Part shown: positions 11,294 through 20,655 of the stretch, piece by piece
How positions within the stretch are numbered: position 1 is the first letter of the stretch
Layout of the letters: every line of letters begins with the position of its first letter
Virus record (IMG/VR): IMGVR_UViG_3300042545_001134
Span: 246,692 to 310,691 of that record
DNA: 64,000 nucleotides
Reading direction: 5' to 3' (one strand)
Translations under genes and position numbers: made by a program
Notes under the pieces: model-generated
Database searches by the model: none
What the model was told of the DNA's origin: nothing
What the model saw: only the letters and a program-made list of their open reading frames with translations

Positions 11294-11956
11294 ATGCCTA
11301 CTCAATTAGAAATTATTGCCAACAAAGAACGTGTTGAGCACTTAGCAAGAAATGAATACAATTACGGTGACTTGTATGGTTCAAGTAACACAGGAGCATT
11401 ATCTGATGGTGATGAAAGAGGTAAGGGTGAACTAAACGGTCAAATCGGTTCTAAAACAGATATCTTAGAAAGACAATCGTTAGTTGCTAAAAATATTTAC
11501 AATCCAGCATTTTCATATGACTCTAATAACCCTAACGCATTGTCAGATGGTGACAATAAAGGTAAAGGTGAAAATGGAGGAAGTATTGGTGGTTTAATTG
11601 ACATTAATGAAAGAGCCACGTTATTAGCAAAAAACATTTATAATACAGGTTTTGAATATGACTCCAATAACCCTAACGCATTATCTAACGGTGATGAGAA
11701 GGGTAAAGGTGAAGATTCCGGTAATATTGGTGGTTTAACCGACATCAATACAAGAGTTTCATTGTTGGCTAAAAATATTTATAATGGTGGATTTGAATAT
11801 TCATCAGTAAACCCTAATGCTATTTCTGATGGCGACGATAAAGGTCGTGGTGAAAACGCTGGTGGAAGTGTTGGTACAAATAAAGATATAAACGAAAGAA
11901 TTGTCTTAAAGGCAAAAAACAAATACGGAGAAACTAAAACATATCCAGATTTTTAA
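11294..11956 (+). CDS. Tandem-repeat protein (about 4.5 copies of a ~46-aa unit)
   Basis: Repeated R..L.AKNIYN..F.Y.S.NPNALSDGD.KGKGE..G.IG..TDINE. Confidence 0.8.
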   Translation: MPTQLEIIANKERVEHLARNEYNYGDLYGSSNTGALSDGDERGKGELNGQIGSKTDILERQSLVAKNIYNPAFSYDSNNPNALSDGDNKGKGENGGSIGGLIDINERATLLAKNIYNTGFEYDSNNPNALSNGDEKGKGEDSGNIGGLTDINTRVSLLAKNIYNGGFEYSSVNPNAISDGDDKGRGENAGGSVGTNKDINERIVLKAKNKYGETKTYPDF

Positions 11957-12819
11957 TGAGAAATTTTGAAGACATAGTAATTGATATTTTAATGGAGGCA
12001 GCGCCTAAAGGTTCTATTAGAGCCAGGTTAAAGTCTGCCATTGAAAATCGTTACCCTGTTTCATTTTATTATAACGGACCAAAGGGTGAGGTTTTACCGG
12101 GAAGAAGAATTAAGGCGGAGATGGTCGCTATGGGGTTAACAAAAAAAGGTAATCTTGTTGTTAGAGCATGGGTACAACCACCATCAACCTCCAAAAAGGG
12201 GTTTGAAGAACACGGATGGAGACTTTTTAATTTAAAAAGAATGTCAGGTATTCAAATCTATGAAGATGAGACGTTTGACACTAAAAGACCCGATTATAAT
12301 CCTGACGGTGACCGTAGTTTAACCACAATTGACGCTAAGAGTAATTGGGGAACAACCACACCTACTAAGGTTGAACCTAAACCTACTGAAGTTCCAACAA
12401 TAGAAAAACCAATACCAACAGTTGAACCTAAACCACAACCCGAACCAACAACACCCGAATTACCACAACCAAAGAGTGATGAGAGACCTTCACCGGTCCC
12501 AACACCTGAAGTTAAAAGAGATGTTGAGGTTTTTAACGATTTAAAAACAAAAGTAACCGATGTTGAGGGTCAGAAACTAATATCTCCTGATGATTTTAAA
12601 AATTCGATAGATATTCTTTATAAAAAGAAATTAGAGGATTGGAAAGAATTACAAAACCAAGCGGGTGGTAATACAACTGCAGGTGAGGGTACAAGAAGAA
12701 GACTCGAGAAAGACTCGGAATCTGATTTGTATCAATTGATGAAAAATGACAAAATTGTTGTTGGTCAAACACAATTACAAGAATCTATAAAAAGAATGAA
12801 GACTTTAATCTTCTTCTAA
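11956..12819 (+). CDS. WYL-like domain protein with Pro-rich linker
   Basis: SAIENR..VSFYY...R......G....N.VVRAW...GWRLFNLKRM resembles the WYL fold; C-terminal LQESIKRMKTLI. Confidence 0.55.
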   Translation: MRNFEDIVIDILMEAAPKGSIRARLKSAIENRYPVSFYYNGPKGEVLPGRRIKAEMVAMGLTKKGNLVVRAWVQPPSTSKKGFEEHGWRLFNLKRMSGIQIYEDETFDTKRPDYNPDGDRSLTTIDAKSNWGTTTPTKVEPKPTEVPTIEKPIPTVEPKPQPEPTTPELPQPKSDERPSPVPTPEVKRDVEVFNDLKTKVTDVEGQKLISPDDFKNSIDILYKKKLEDWKELQNQAGGNTTAGEGTRRRLEKDSESDLYQLMKNDKIVVGQTQLQESIKRMKTLIFF

Positions 12820-12849
12820 AAATACTTATACTTAAAAAAAAGAAATATC

Positions 12850-13404
12850 ATGTCAGGAAAAGGAGTAATATCAGAAAATGGATTGATGCAAAAATTGGTA
12901 CAAGCCAAAAAAGTGATGAACAAAGTTGATGGTGGAAACTTTGAAAGAGGTAACGTTAACGAAGAAATGTTAAGGTCAATGCCAGAAGAATTGGATGTTA
13001 ACGAAATACAACAACCAAGAACAAGCCAAGTAAACCAAGCCAAAATTATGGAATCTAAATTACCTGAAGCGATTAAAAGAGCAATGATTGAAAATCACAT
13101 CCCACAAATTAGTTTAAATGATTCATTAGATTTTGATTTTGTAAAAAATACTAAAAAATTAATGGAAGCCGAAGGAGTTTCAACAAAATCCAAAAGTTCA
13201 CCATCAAACAACAAATCAACTTCGAACATTGACATGAACGAAATTGCCATTCTAATTGAAAATACTGTCCGTAAGGTTATGGACGAGAAATTAAATCAAC
13301 TTCTAACCGCACAACAAACACTATCAATCAATGAAAATTTAGTTTTGAAGGTTGGGGATTCTATATTCAAAGGTAAAATTACAGGTGTAAATAAATCCAA
13401 ATAA
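12850..13404 (+). CDS. Hypothetical protein
   Basis: 184 aa ORF. Confidence 0.7.
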   Translation: MSGKGVISENGLMQKLVQAKKVMNKVDGGNFERGNVNEEMLRSMPEELDVNEIQQPRTSQVNQAKIMESKLPEAIKRAMIENHIPQISLNDSLDFDFVKNTKKLMEAEGVSTKSKSSPSNNKSTSNIDMNEIAILIENTVRKVMDEKLNQLLTAQQTLSINENLVLKVGDSIFKGKITGVNKSK

Positions 13405-13458
13405 GGTTTGTTTTTCTCGATTTTTTTCTGTATCATTTAGACATACAAGTTTTATTTG

Positions 13459-14676
13459 ATGTCAAAAATTAGAATATTAGCAATACCACCAGACGCTCAT
13501 GGTGTCGGTAAGTACCGAATCTTAGACCCGTTTAAATATATTGGGGATAATCATGCTGAGGATTTCCACGTGGATATTGCGATGAATCCCACCGATGACG
13601 ATAATTTCTTCAAAAATTACGACATTGTTGTGTTTCACAGTTTTATCCATCAAACCACTCACGAAAACAATCTTGAAAGAATTAAGAAATTAAAATCCAT
13701 GGGGATTAAAGTCATTATGGATATTGATGACTTTTGGTCTGTTGACCATAGACACCCTATGTATCACCAAATTAAGGCAAACGAAATCCCAAGAAAAAAG
13801 GTTGAATTAATGAGGTCTTCTGATTGGGTTACATGTACAACGGAGGTGTTTGCTAACACAATCAAAACAAGATTGGGGATAAAGAACGTTATCGTTTTCC
13901 CAAATGCGGTTAATCCCGAAGAACCACAATTTAAATCAAATCCAACGGAATCTGAAATGATTCGTTTTGGTTGGTTAGGGGGTTCAAGTCACTTTCACGA
14001 CATTGAATTAATGTCAAGCGGAATCTCAAGTACGTTGAACAACTATAAAAACACACAATTTGTATTGTGTGGATTTGACCTAAGAGGAAACGTAACCGAA
14101 ATGAACCCAAAGACGGGTGAAAAACGAGTTAGACCAATCCAACCAACAGAGACCGTTTGGTACAGATATGAAAAAATATTCACTGACCATTATAAATCGG
14201 TTGATGAAGACTATAAAAACCACCTAATGACGTTTAATGAAGTTGAATATGATGACTCCACAAAACGTTATAAAAGGGTTTGGACTCAACCTGTTGGAAA
14301 ATATGCAATGAATTACAATTCATTTGACGTATCTTTAGCACCGTTAGTTCCAAGTGAATTTAACGCAAACAAATCACAACTTAAAGCAATTGAAGCGGGT
14401 TTTCATAAGAAGGCCCTGATTGCGAGTGAAACACTTCCCTATACAATTGATTTGGTACACGCACTTAACGAAGGTAAATTCACCGACAAGGGTAACGCAT
14501 TACTAGTTTCCCCAAGTAAGAACCACAAACAATGGGCTCAAAATATGAAGAAATTAATCGAGAACCCAAACATGATTGAGGATTTGGGTAATAGACTTTA
14601 CGAAACAGTTAAAGACAAATATTCACTCGTGAATGTATCAATAAACAGAACACAATTTTTCAAATCAATAATCTAA
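13459..14676 (+). CDS. Glycosyltransferase (GT-B fold)
   Basis: G..YRI..P, MDIDD, GWLGGSSH..D, DVSLAPL....FN..KS.LK.IE motifs. Confidence 0.85.
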   Translation: MSKIRILAIPPDAHGVGKYRILDPFKYIGDNHAEDFHVDIAMNPTDDDNFFKNYDIVVFHSFIHQTTHENNLERIKKLKSMGIKVIMDIDDFWSVDHRHPMYHQIKANEIPRKKVELMRSSDWVTCTTEVFANTIKTRLGIKNVIVFPNAVNPEEPQFKSNPTESEMIRFGWLGGSSHFHDIELMSSGISSTLNNYKNTQFVLCGFDLRGNVTEMNPKTGEKRVRPIQPTETVWYRYEKIFTDHYKSVDEDYKNHLMTFNEVEYDDSTKRYKRVWTQPVGKYAMNYNSFDVSLAPLVPSEFNANKSQLKAIEAGFHKKALIASETLPYTIDLVHALNEGKFTDKGNALLVSPSKNHKQWAQNMKKLIENPNMIEDLGNRLYETVKDKYSLVNVSINRTQFFKSII

Positions 14677-14689
14677 AAACAAAAAAAAC

Positions 14690-14920
14690 ATGCATTATTT
14701 AGTAACAGTAGGTTACGAGTTGGAGCAACTCGACCGCAACGGAAACCCAAGACTTCAAAAAGTGAAATACATTGTTGAAGCAGAATCAGTAGAAGAGGCA
14801 ACAATTGTTGTTTCAAAATACAAAGCAGGAGATATGCGTTCAAGTGAAAGTTTATCAATCGCTAAAATGACAATTGAGTGTATCATCGACAAAAACAACA
14901 CACCCGAATACTACAAGTAA
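14690..14920 (+). CDS. DUF4494-like small protein
   Basis: Y.V.V.YE....NG......KY.VEAESVEEA resembles Bacteroidota DUF4494. Confidence 0.5.
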   Translation: MHYLVTVGYELEQLDRNGNPRLQKVKYIVEAESVEEATIVVSKYKAGDMRSSESLSIAKMTIECIIDKNNTPEYYK

Positions 14921-14941
14921 TCACCTTTTAATAAAAACAAC

Positions 14942-15514
14942 ATGTTGACTATTGAGCAATTAGAATCCAATAAGAAAAAATTTCAGGAAACAAACCTCAA
15001 ATATGGTATTTTTACCGAAGAACTTCAAAACTTTTTAGGTGATGATTTTTATACCGCACCAGCAACAACCACATTAGATATGTACGGTTGTTATCCGGGT
15101 GGTCTGTTAAGTCATTGTATTAAGGCATGTAAGTACGCAGTTAAAACAAATGAGATGTTACCTGAAAACATGAGAGTAGATGTAAATTCAATTCTTAAAA
15201 CTGTTTTCATTTCTCAAATAGGTAAAGTGTTCTTGTTTTGTTTAAACCAAAATGAATGGCAAAAAAAGACACTTGGTAAAATGTACGATTTTACTGAGGA
15301 TATGGTTTCCCTTCGTGTTGGTGAGAGGTCAGTACATTATGCAACAAAACATGGTGTTGTACTAACTGAGGAAGAGTTTCAAGCAATTTTAAATTCAGAT
15401 AAAGAACCCGATGATAAAATGGCAAAATATCGTTCAACCACTCTTTCTCATGTAATAAAAATAGGGTTTGAACTATCAATTTTGGAAGAAAAAAATGGAA
15501 AAAAATCAAATTAA
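14942..15514 (+). CDS. HD-domain-like protein (degenerate active site)
   Basis: FYTAPA......YPGGL.SH motif; SQIGK where HDIGK is expected. Confidence 0.6.
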   Translation: MLTIEQLESNKKKFQETNLKYGIFTEELQNFLGDDFYTAPATTTLDMYGCYPGGLLSHCIKACKYAVKTNEMLPENMRVDVNSILKTVFISQIGKVFLFCLNQNEWQKKTLGKMYDFTEDMVSLRVGERSVHYATKHGVVLTEEEFQAILNSDKEPDDKMAKYRSTTLSHVIKIGFELSILEEKNGKKSN

Positions 15515-16082
15515 CGATTACATCGCCAAATTAAAAGAGATGGAAAAAGAGTTGTCTTCGGATGAACCCGGAGACCTCTCTATCTTTGGTGAATTAGATG
15601 GTTTATTATCATCATTAAATAAAGATGTTCAAAACGCGGTTATGGCTGATGTAAATCAACTAAAAGTGAACATCAAAAAATTACACCCAAATACAGTAAT
15701 TCCATCATATTCAAAAGATGGAGATGCTGGAATGGATTTAGTTAGTACTGAAATTATTTCTGAAACACTAAACCAAATAACCTATGGTACAGGAATTGCA
15801 TTAGAAATTCCAAAAGGATATGTTGGTTTAGTTTTCCCTCGTTCATCAATTAGAAAATACGAATTAGAATTAACTAATTCTGTTGGTGTAATTGATAGTG
15901 GTTACCGAGGTGAAATACAGGTAACCTTTAATAAAGTACATAACCGTTTAGAGGTTTACAAAGTTGGTGATAGAATTGCTCAGATAATGGTTATACCATA
16001 CCCTAAGGTAGTTTTCAGTGAAGTTAATGACTTATCTTCAACTGATAGAGGTGAAGGTGGATTCGGTTCAACTGGAGCATAA
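15495..16082 (+). CDS. dut: Trimeric dUTPase with N-terminal extension
   Basis: GDAGMDL, PRSS, NSVGVIDSGYRGEI, GDRIAQ, RGEGGFGSTG. Confidence 0.97.
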   Translation: MEKNQINDYIAKLKEMEKELSSDEPGDLSIFGELDGLLSSLNKDVQNAVMADVNQLKVNIKKLHPNTVIPSYSKDGDAGMDLVSTEIISETLNQITYGTGIALEIPKGYVGLVFPRSSIRKYELELTNSVGVIDSGYRGEIQVTFNKVHNRLEVYKVGDRIAQIMVIPYPKVVFSEVNDLSSTDRGEGGFGSTGA

Positions 16083-16106
16083 AAATATAATTTAAAATAT
16101 AGATAA

Positions 16107-16823
16107 TTGAGAAAATCAACTGTAAAATCCGGAATAGTAGACGAAAAAAAGAATCTACCTAAAAAAGAAAGAATTAGACAACTTATCAAACAACCAAAAG
16201 AGAAGTTTCTAACTAAACACCAAGAACAATATTGGAACATTTTAAGTGAAAATGAAATCACTTTATGTTTTGGTCCTGCAGGTGTGGGTAAATCTTATAT
16301 CGCAATGAAACGTGCGGTTGACTTGTTATGGGATGACACCAATAAGTACGAAAAAATTATCATTGTAAGACCAGCAGTAGAGGCGGAAGAAAAACTCGGT
16401 TCTCTACCGGGTGGTTTAGAGGAAAAACTTGACCCATACATTTATCCGTCATATTATCTATTAAATAAAATTATAGGTAAAGAGGCAAGAGAAAAACTTA
16501 AAGAAGAAGGGTTCATTGAAGTTGCAGCCCTTGCATACATGAGGGGATGGAACGTTGATAACACTATCCTTGTATTTGAAGAGGCACAAAACACAACTCC
16601 AGCACAAATGAAACTTCTTTTAACGAGAATCGGGTTTAACTCCAAATTCTTCATTTCAGGGGATTTAGACCAATCGGATAAATTTAAAGATAAAACTAAA
16701 ACAGGATTATACGATGCCAAGGTTAGACTTGGGGATATCAGAAATGTCGGCATTTTTGAATTCGATATGGATGATATTGTTCGTAACCCTATAATCTCTC
16801 AAATATTAAAAAGGTACGAATAA
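16107..16823 (+). CDS. phoH: PhoH-like ATPase
   Basis: GPAGVGKS, RPAVEAEEKLGSLPG, AYMRG, EEAQN, LTRIG, GDLDQSD. Confidence 0.95.
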   Translation: MRKSTVKSGIVDEKKNLPKKERIRQLIKQPKEKFLTKHQEQYWNILSENEITLCFGPAGVGKSYIAMKRAVDLLWDDTNKYEKIIIVRPAVEAEEKLGSLPGGLEEKLDPYIYPSYYLLNKIIGKEAREKLKEEGFIEVAALAYMRGWNVDNTILVFEEAQNTTPAQMKLLLTRIGFNSKFFISGDLDQSDKFKDKTKTGLYDAKVRLGDIRNVGIFEFDMDDIVRNPIISQILKRYE

Positions 16824-16862
16824 ACCTTTACTTATAATATTTTTTAAATTATATTTTCCTTT

Positions 16863-17540
16863 ATGGAAGTATATGTTAGTATTGATGGTGTGTTGAGGAA
16901 CATGCTACAAAAATTCGATTATCATTATAAAGATTACTTTGTTGATACGGAGTCAGAAACTGAAGAAACATTTGAATATTCAGTTTCTGAACCCGTTTTA
17001 AATGATGATGTATTGAATTCATACAAATTTCAATCAAATGAAGAATTCTTAAAATTCTTATATCTTGATTTCCCGATTGAAATTTTTGGTCACGCGGGTT
17101 TGAGTTATAATCAGGCGGTGACAGAATTAAACACGTTGATTTTCGAAAATCCTGACGTTAAATTCACATTAATTGGTTTAAGTGAAAAAGCCAAAGCCAA
17201 ACCATCAACATTATTTTTCTTATCACGTAACGGAGTAATCTGTGACAACATATCATTTTCTAAAATAGAAAACGTGAATGAACTTTGGAGAAAGTGTGAC
17301 TTATGGATTACTGACGACAGAAGAATTATAGAGTCGTGTCCACCAAAAAAGAAAGTGGTAAAATTTAATACCGCATTCAATAATCACTTTACAAATACCT
17401 TAAAAATAAATAAATTATCAGAAATAAAAAAAGAATGGTTGAAATTTTCGGAAAAAACTATTACATCGACATTGATGGAATTACTAACAAATGTCAAACA
17501 GGCAGTACAATCAAAAATGAAGACGGTACAGAAACCTTAG
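16863..17540 (+). CDS. HAD-like 5'(3')-deoxyribonucleotidase homolog (degenerate)
   Basis: SIDGVLR (DxDGVL-like), DLWITDD, FN..FN. Confidence 0.55.
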   Translation: MEVYVSIDGVLRNMLQKFDYHYKDYFVDTESETEETFEYSVSEPVLNDDVLNSYKFQSNEEFLKFLYLDFPIEIFGHAGLSYNQAVTELNTLIFENPDVKFTLIGLSEKAKAKPSTLFFLSRNGVICDNISFSKIENVNELWRKCDLWITDDRRIIESCPPKKKVVKFNTAFNNHFTNTLKINKLSEIKKEWLKFSEKTITSTLMELLTNVKQAVQSKMKTVQKP

Positions 17541-17719
17541 AAATAAATTTGTTCAAGTATGAAACAATTAAAATGTGTCTTGACAGGGTTCTAAATGAAT
17601 ACGAGGAACCCGGAGAAGGAAGTATTGGATTGTTTGGACAAAATGAACTATCCATATCATTTAAAATTGCATTTAACACCCTAATCAAATATCAAATCTT
17701 ACAAGAAGATGATGAATAA
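17435..17719 (+). CDS. Hypothetical protein
   Basis: 94 aa ORF; overlaps the tail of the upstream ORF and abuts the downstream glycosyltransferase. Confidence 0.6.
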   Translation: MVEIFGKNYYIDIDGITNKCQTGSTIKNEDGTETLEINLFKYETIKMCLDRVLNEYEEPGEGSIGLFGQNELSISFKIAFNTLIKYQILQEDDE

Positions 17720-18776
17720 AAATAAAGAAAACATAGAAAAACTAGAAAGTTCATTAAGTAAATTAAACTCTAATGAACACACAATCTATTTCTTGACATA
17801 TGACACAAGAAATAACGCAAGAGCATCAGTTAAACATATCTACGATATGGCATTGACATTAAAAGAATCGGGATATAACTCGAAAATCTTGGTTGAAGAT
17901 AAAACATACACAGGTATCAATGCTTGGTTAGGTGACAAATATGACTCATTAGAGGTTGTCACCATTAAAGACGATAGAGTTGAAATCAAAATTGAGGATA
18001 CCATTGTGGTTCCTGAATATTATTCAAACGTGTTGGAAAGTTTGGCTAATATTAAATGTGTTAAAGTAATGCTGGTTCAACAAAAAGAATACCTGTTCGA
18101 AACATTACCAATTGGTAGTCGTTGGTCCGATTATGGTTTTGATAGGGCAATTACAACAACCGACCTATCTAAAAAATACATTATGGAGAACTTCAATGAA
18201 GCATTGGTTCATATTATTCCACCTATGATAAGTGATAATTTTACTCCATCGGAAAAAATGGCAAAACCAATTATTGCCATTTTATGTAGAGACCGTTCAA
18301 TCAATAAGAAATTGATTTCTGAATTCTACATTAGATACCCACATTTAAGGTGGATTACATTCAGAGACATGAACCAAATGACTTATGAAGAGTTTTCAGA
18401 CAACCTTAAAGAGTGTTTGGTTTCTGTTTGGGTTGATGATGACTCAACATTCGGAACTTTTCCATTAGAATCGATGAAATGTGAGGTACCAGTAATTGGT
18501 AAAATCCCAAAGAACGAACCCGATTGGATTGGTGAAAATGGTATGTGGACATACGATGAATCTAAATTAACTGAAATCCTTGGTAAGTTCGTTTTAGCGT
18601 GGTTAGAAGGTGTTGAGATTAATGACGAGGTAAAACAAAAAATGAAAGAGTCATTATTACCTTACGATTCTGAGATTACAAAAACCAACATAATCTCAAT
18701 TTTCAATTCATTTAAAAATAACAGAGTTCAAGCCATCGAAAAGGCATTAGAAAAATTAAACAGCGAGGAAGTATAA
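17712..18776 (+). CDS. Glycosyltransferase-like protein (GT-B)
   Basis: IVVPE, STFGTFPLESMKCEVPVIG (EgFglpplEAMacg.pVi-like). Confidence 0.75.
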   Translation: MNKNKENIEKLESSLSKLNSNEHTIYFLTYDTRNNARASVKHIYDMALTLKESGYNSKILVEDKTYTGINAWLGDKYDSLEVVTIKDDRVEIKIEDTIVVPEYYSNVLESLANIKCVKVMLVQQKEYLFETLPIGSRWSDYGFDRAITTTDLSKKYIMENFNEALVHIIPPMISDNFTPSEKMAKPIIAILCRDRSINKKLISEFYIRYPHLRWITFRDMNQMTYEEFSDNLKECLVSVWVDDDSTFGTFPLESMKCEVPVIGKIPKNEPDWIGENGMWTYDESKLTEILGKFVLAWLEGVEINDEVKQKMKESLLPYDSEITKTNIISIFNSFKNNRVQAIEKALEKLNSEEV

Positions 18777-18778
18777 CC

Positions 18779-19558
18779 ATGAAAAATATAACAGTAATAT
18801 TACCAATTCATAAATGGGACGAAGAATACTCAACGATGTATGAGAATTCAGTTAAGTCCGTAGAACAATTTTACAATGACGTTAAATTAATCGTTGTGGG
18901 ACCATCTACAGTAACATCAAAAATTACATTTACATCGGATAAATTAGAAACTAAAATTGTGGTAAACGAAGGTTTAACAGATTTTTGTAGTCAAGTTAAC
19001 TTGGGAATCGATAATTGTGAAACCGAATGGTTTTCACTTTTAGAAGTTGATGATGAGTATAAATCATCGTGGTTGAAGTCTATGGACTCCTACATGAAAG
19101 AAAACCCAACGGCTGAGGTCTTCTTACCAATCGTAAGAGATATCAACGTAGAGGGTAAATTCTTGAGTTATACAAATGAGTCTACTTGGGCGTATGGTTT
19201 TACTGAGAAACAAGGCACTCTTGATAATGAGGCACTTTTAGACTATCAAAATTTTCAAATCAGTGGTGGATTGTATAAAACATCTGTGATTAAAGAACAA
19301 GGTAAGTTAAAAGACAACATCAAATTAACTTTTGGGTATGAGTTCTTATTAAGATTAACACACAATAACATTGTGGTTATGACAGTACCTAAAATCGGAT
19401 ATCAACACGTTAACTTCAGAGAGGATTCTTTGTTTTGGTCATATAAAAACGATGAAACAATAAAGATGACAGAGAATGAGGTTAAATTTTGGTTAGAGAC
19501 CGCAAAGAAAGAGTTTTTCTTTAAAAATAAACGAGACATAAATTATGTAAATAACTAA
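18779..19558 (+). CDS. Glycosyltransferase family 2-like (GT-A)
   Basis: ITVILP, VNLGI....TEWFSLLEVDD, YEFLLRL. Confidence 0.8.
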   Translation: MKNITVILPIHKWDEEYSTMYENSVKSVEQFYNDVKLIVVGPSTVTSKITFTSDKLETKIVVNEGLTDFCSQVNLGIDNCETEWFSLLEVDDEYKSSWLKSMDSYMKENPTAEVFLPIVRDINVEGKFLSYTNESTWAYGFTEKQGTLDNEALLDYQNFQISGGLYKTSVIKEQGKLKDNIKLTFGYEFLLRLTHNNIVVMTVPKIGYQHVNFREDSLFWSYKNDETIKMTENEVKFWLETAKKEFFFKNKRDINYVNN

Positions 19559-19560
19559 AA

Positions 19561-20259
19561 ATGCCACGCAAACGTACCCAAAAAATATATTTTGGGGAGG
19601 ACCAAGAACAAGCGGTGGTACGATATCTAGAATCAGAATCCGAATCAGAAAAGAATAAGATATTCAATGAATATTTAAGAGAACCTCTCATTATAATGGT
19701 TGAAAGTATCATTCGACGTTATAAATTATATAGAAAAAATTTAGAATTTGTGGACATCCACACTGATACAATGTCCTTTTTGATTACTAAAATCAATAAG
19801 TTCGACCATACAAAGAACCATAAGGCGTATTCGTACTTTGGTACCATTTGTAAGAACTATTTGATGGGGGCAATCCAAAAAGACACTAAGGAACAAAATA
19901 GAAGTGTTTCCTATGACGATATTTCATCATCATTAGAAGAGAGTCCTGAACACTCCTATGTCATCGATGAAACTCATGTTGATTATAGGGACGTTATCAT
20001 AAAGTTCAACATCCAAATGGAGGAATTTATGGAATCGGAAGAATTAACTGATAATGAACAAAAGTTAGGATATGCCCTTTTAGAAATCTTTGGCAATTTT
20101 GATAAAATCTTCCAAATAGGAGATGGAAACAAATTCAATAAGAACCTGATACTCTTATCTTTAAGGGAGATGACCTCCTTATCAACTAAGGAAATAAGGA
20201 TATCTCTTAGAAAATACAGAAAATTATACGAAGGTGTAATGTTAGGGTTCATAAATTAA
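19561..20259 (+). CDS. Phage sigma factor, T4 gp55-like (late transcription)
   Basis: Region-2-like KINKFDHTKNHKAYSYFGTICKNYL. Confidence 0.75.
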   Translation: MPRKRTQKIYFGEDQEQAVVRYLESESESEKNKIFNEYLREPLIIMVESIIRRYKLYRKNLEFVDIHTDTMSFLITKINKFDHTKNHKAYSYFGTICKNYLMGAIQKDTKEQNRSVSYDDISSSLEESPEHSYVIDETHVDYRDVIIKFNIQMEEFMESEELTDNEQKLGYALLEIFGNFDKIFQIGDGNKFNKNLILLSLREMTSLSTKEIRISLRKYRKLYEGVMLGFIN

Positions 20260-20280
20260 AAATAACCCTATTTATAGTGT

Positions 20281-20655
20281 ATGAGAGAGAGAAAAAATAT
20301 CATAGCACTCGATACAGACTCAGCGTTAGCGTTGATGCAGGAAATCTACAATGATATTGTGGAGCAAAAAAACACCGCATCAATGATAACGAAGAAAATG
20401 TTAACCTTCATGAAAGATGCGGAGGATATGAGTGTAATTGGTCCTGTTATTAAGGAACAACAAAAAATACTAAACGACTGTACCGAGAAGAAGATTTCGT
20501 TGGTTAAGTTACAAAGTGCATTATTAAAACAAACTCAAGGAACGGGCGCAAATTCTGGTGGTAAATTAAGTTTAACAGACGAAGATAGAACTCTTCTTGA
20601 GAAATTAATGAATGAACCCGACGACGAACCAAAACAAGGAACTTATAGAACGTAA
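20281..20655 (+). CDS. Hypothetical coiled-coil protein
   Basis: 124 aa ORF; late motif 5 nt upstream of ATG. Confidence 0.7.
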   Translation: MRERKNIIALDTDSALALMQEIYNDIVEQKNTASMITKKMLTFMKDAEDMSVIGPVIKEQQKILNDCTEKKISLVKLQSALLKQTQGTGANSGGKLSLTDEDRTLLEKLMNEPDDEPKQGTYRT

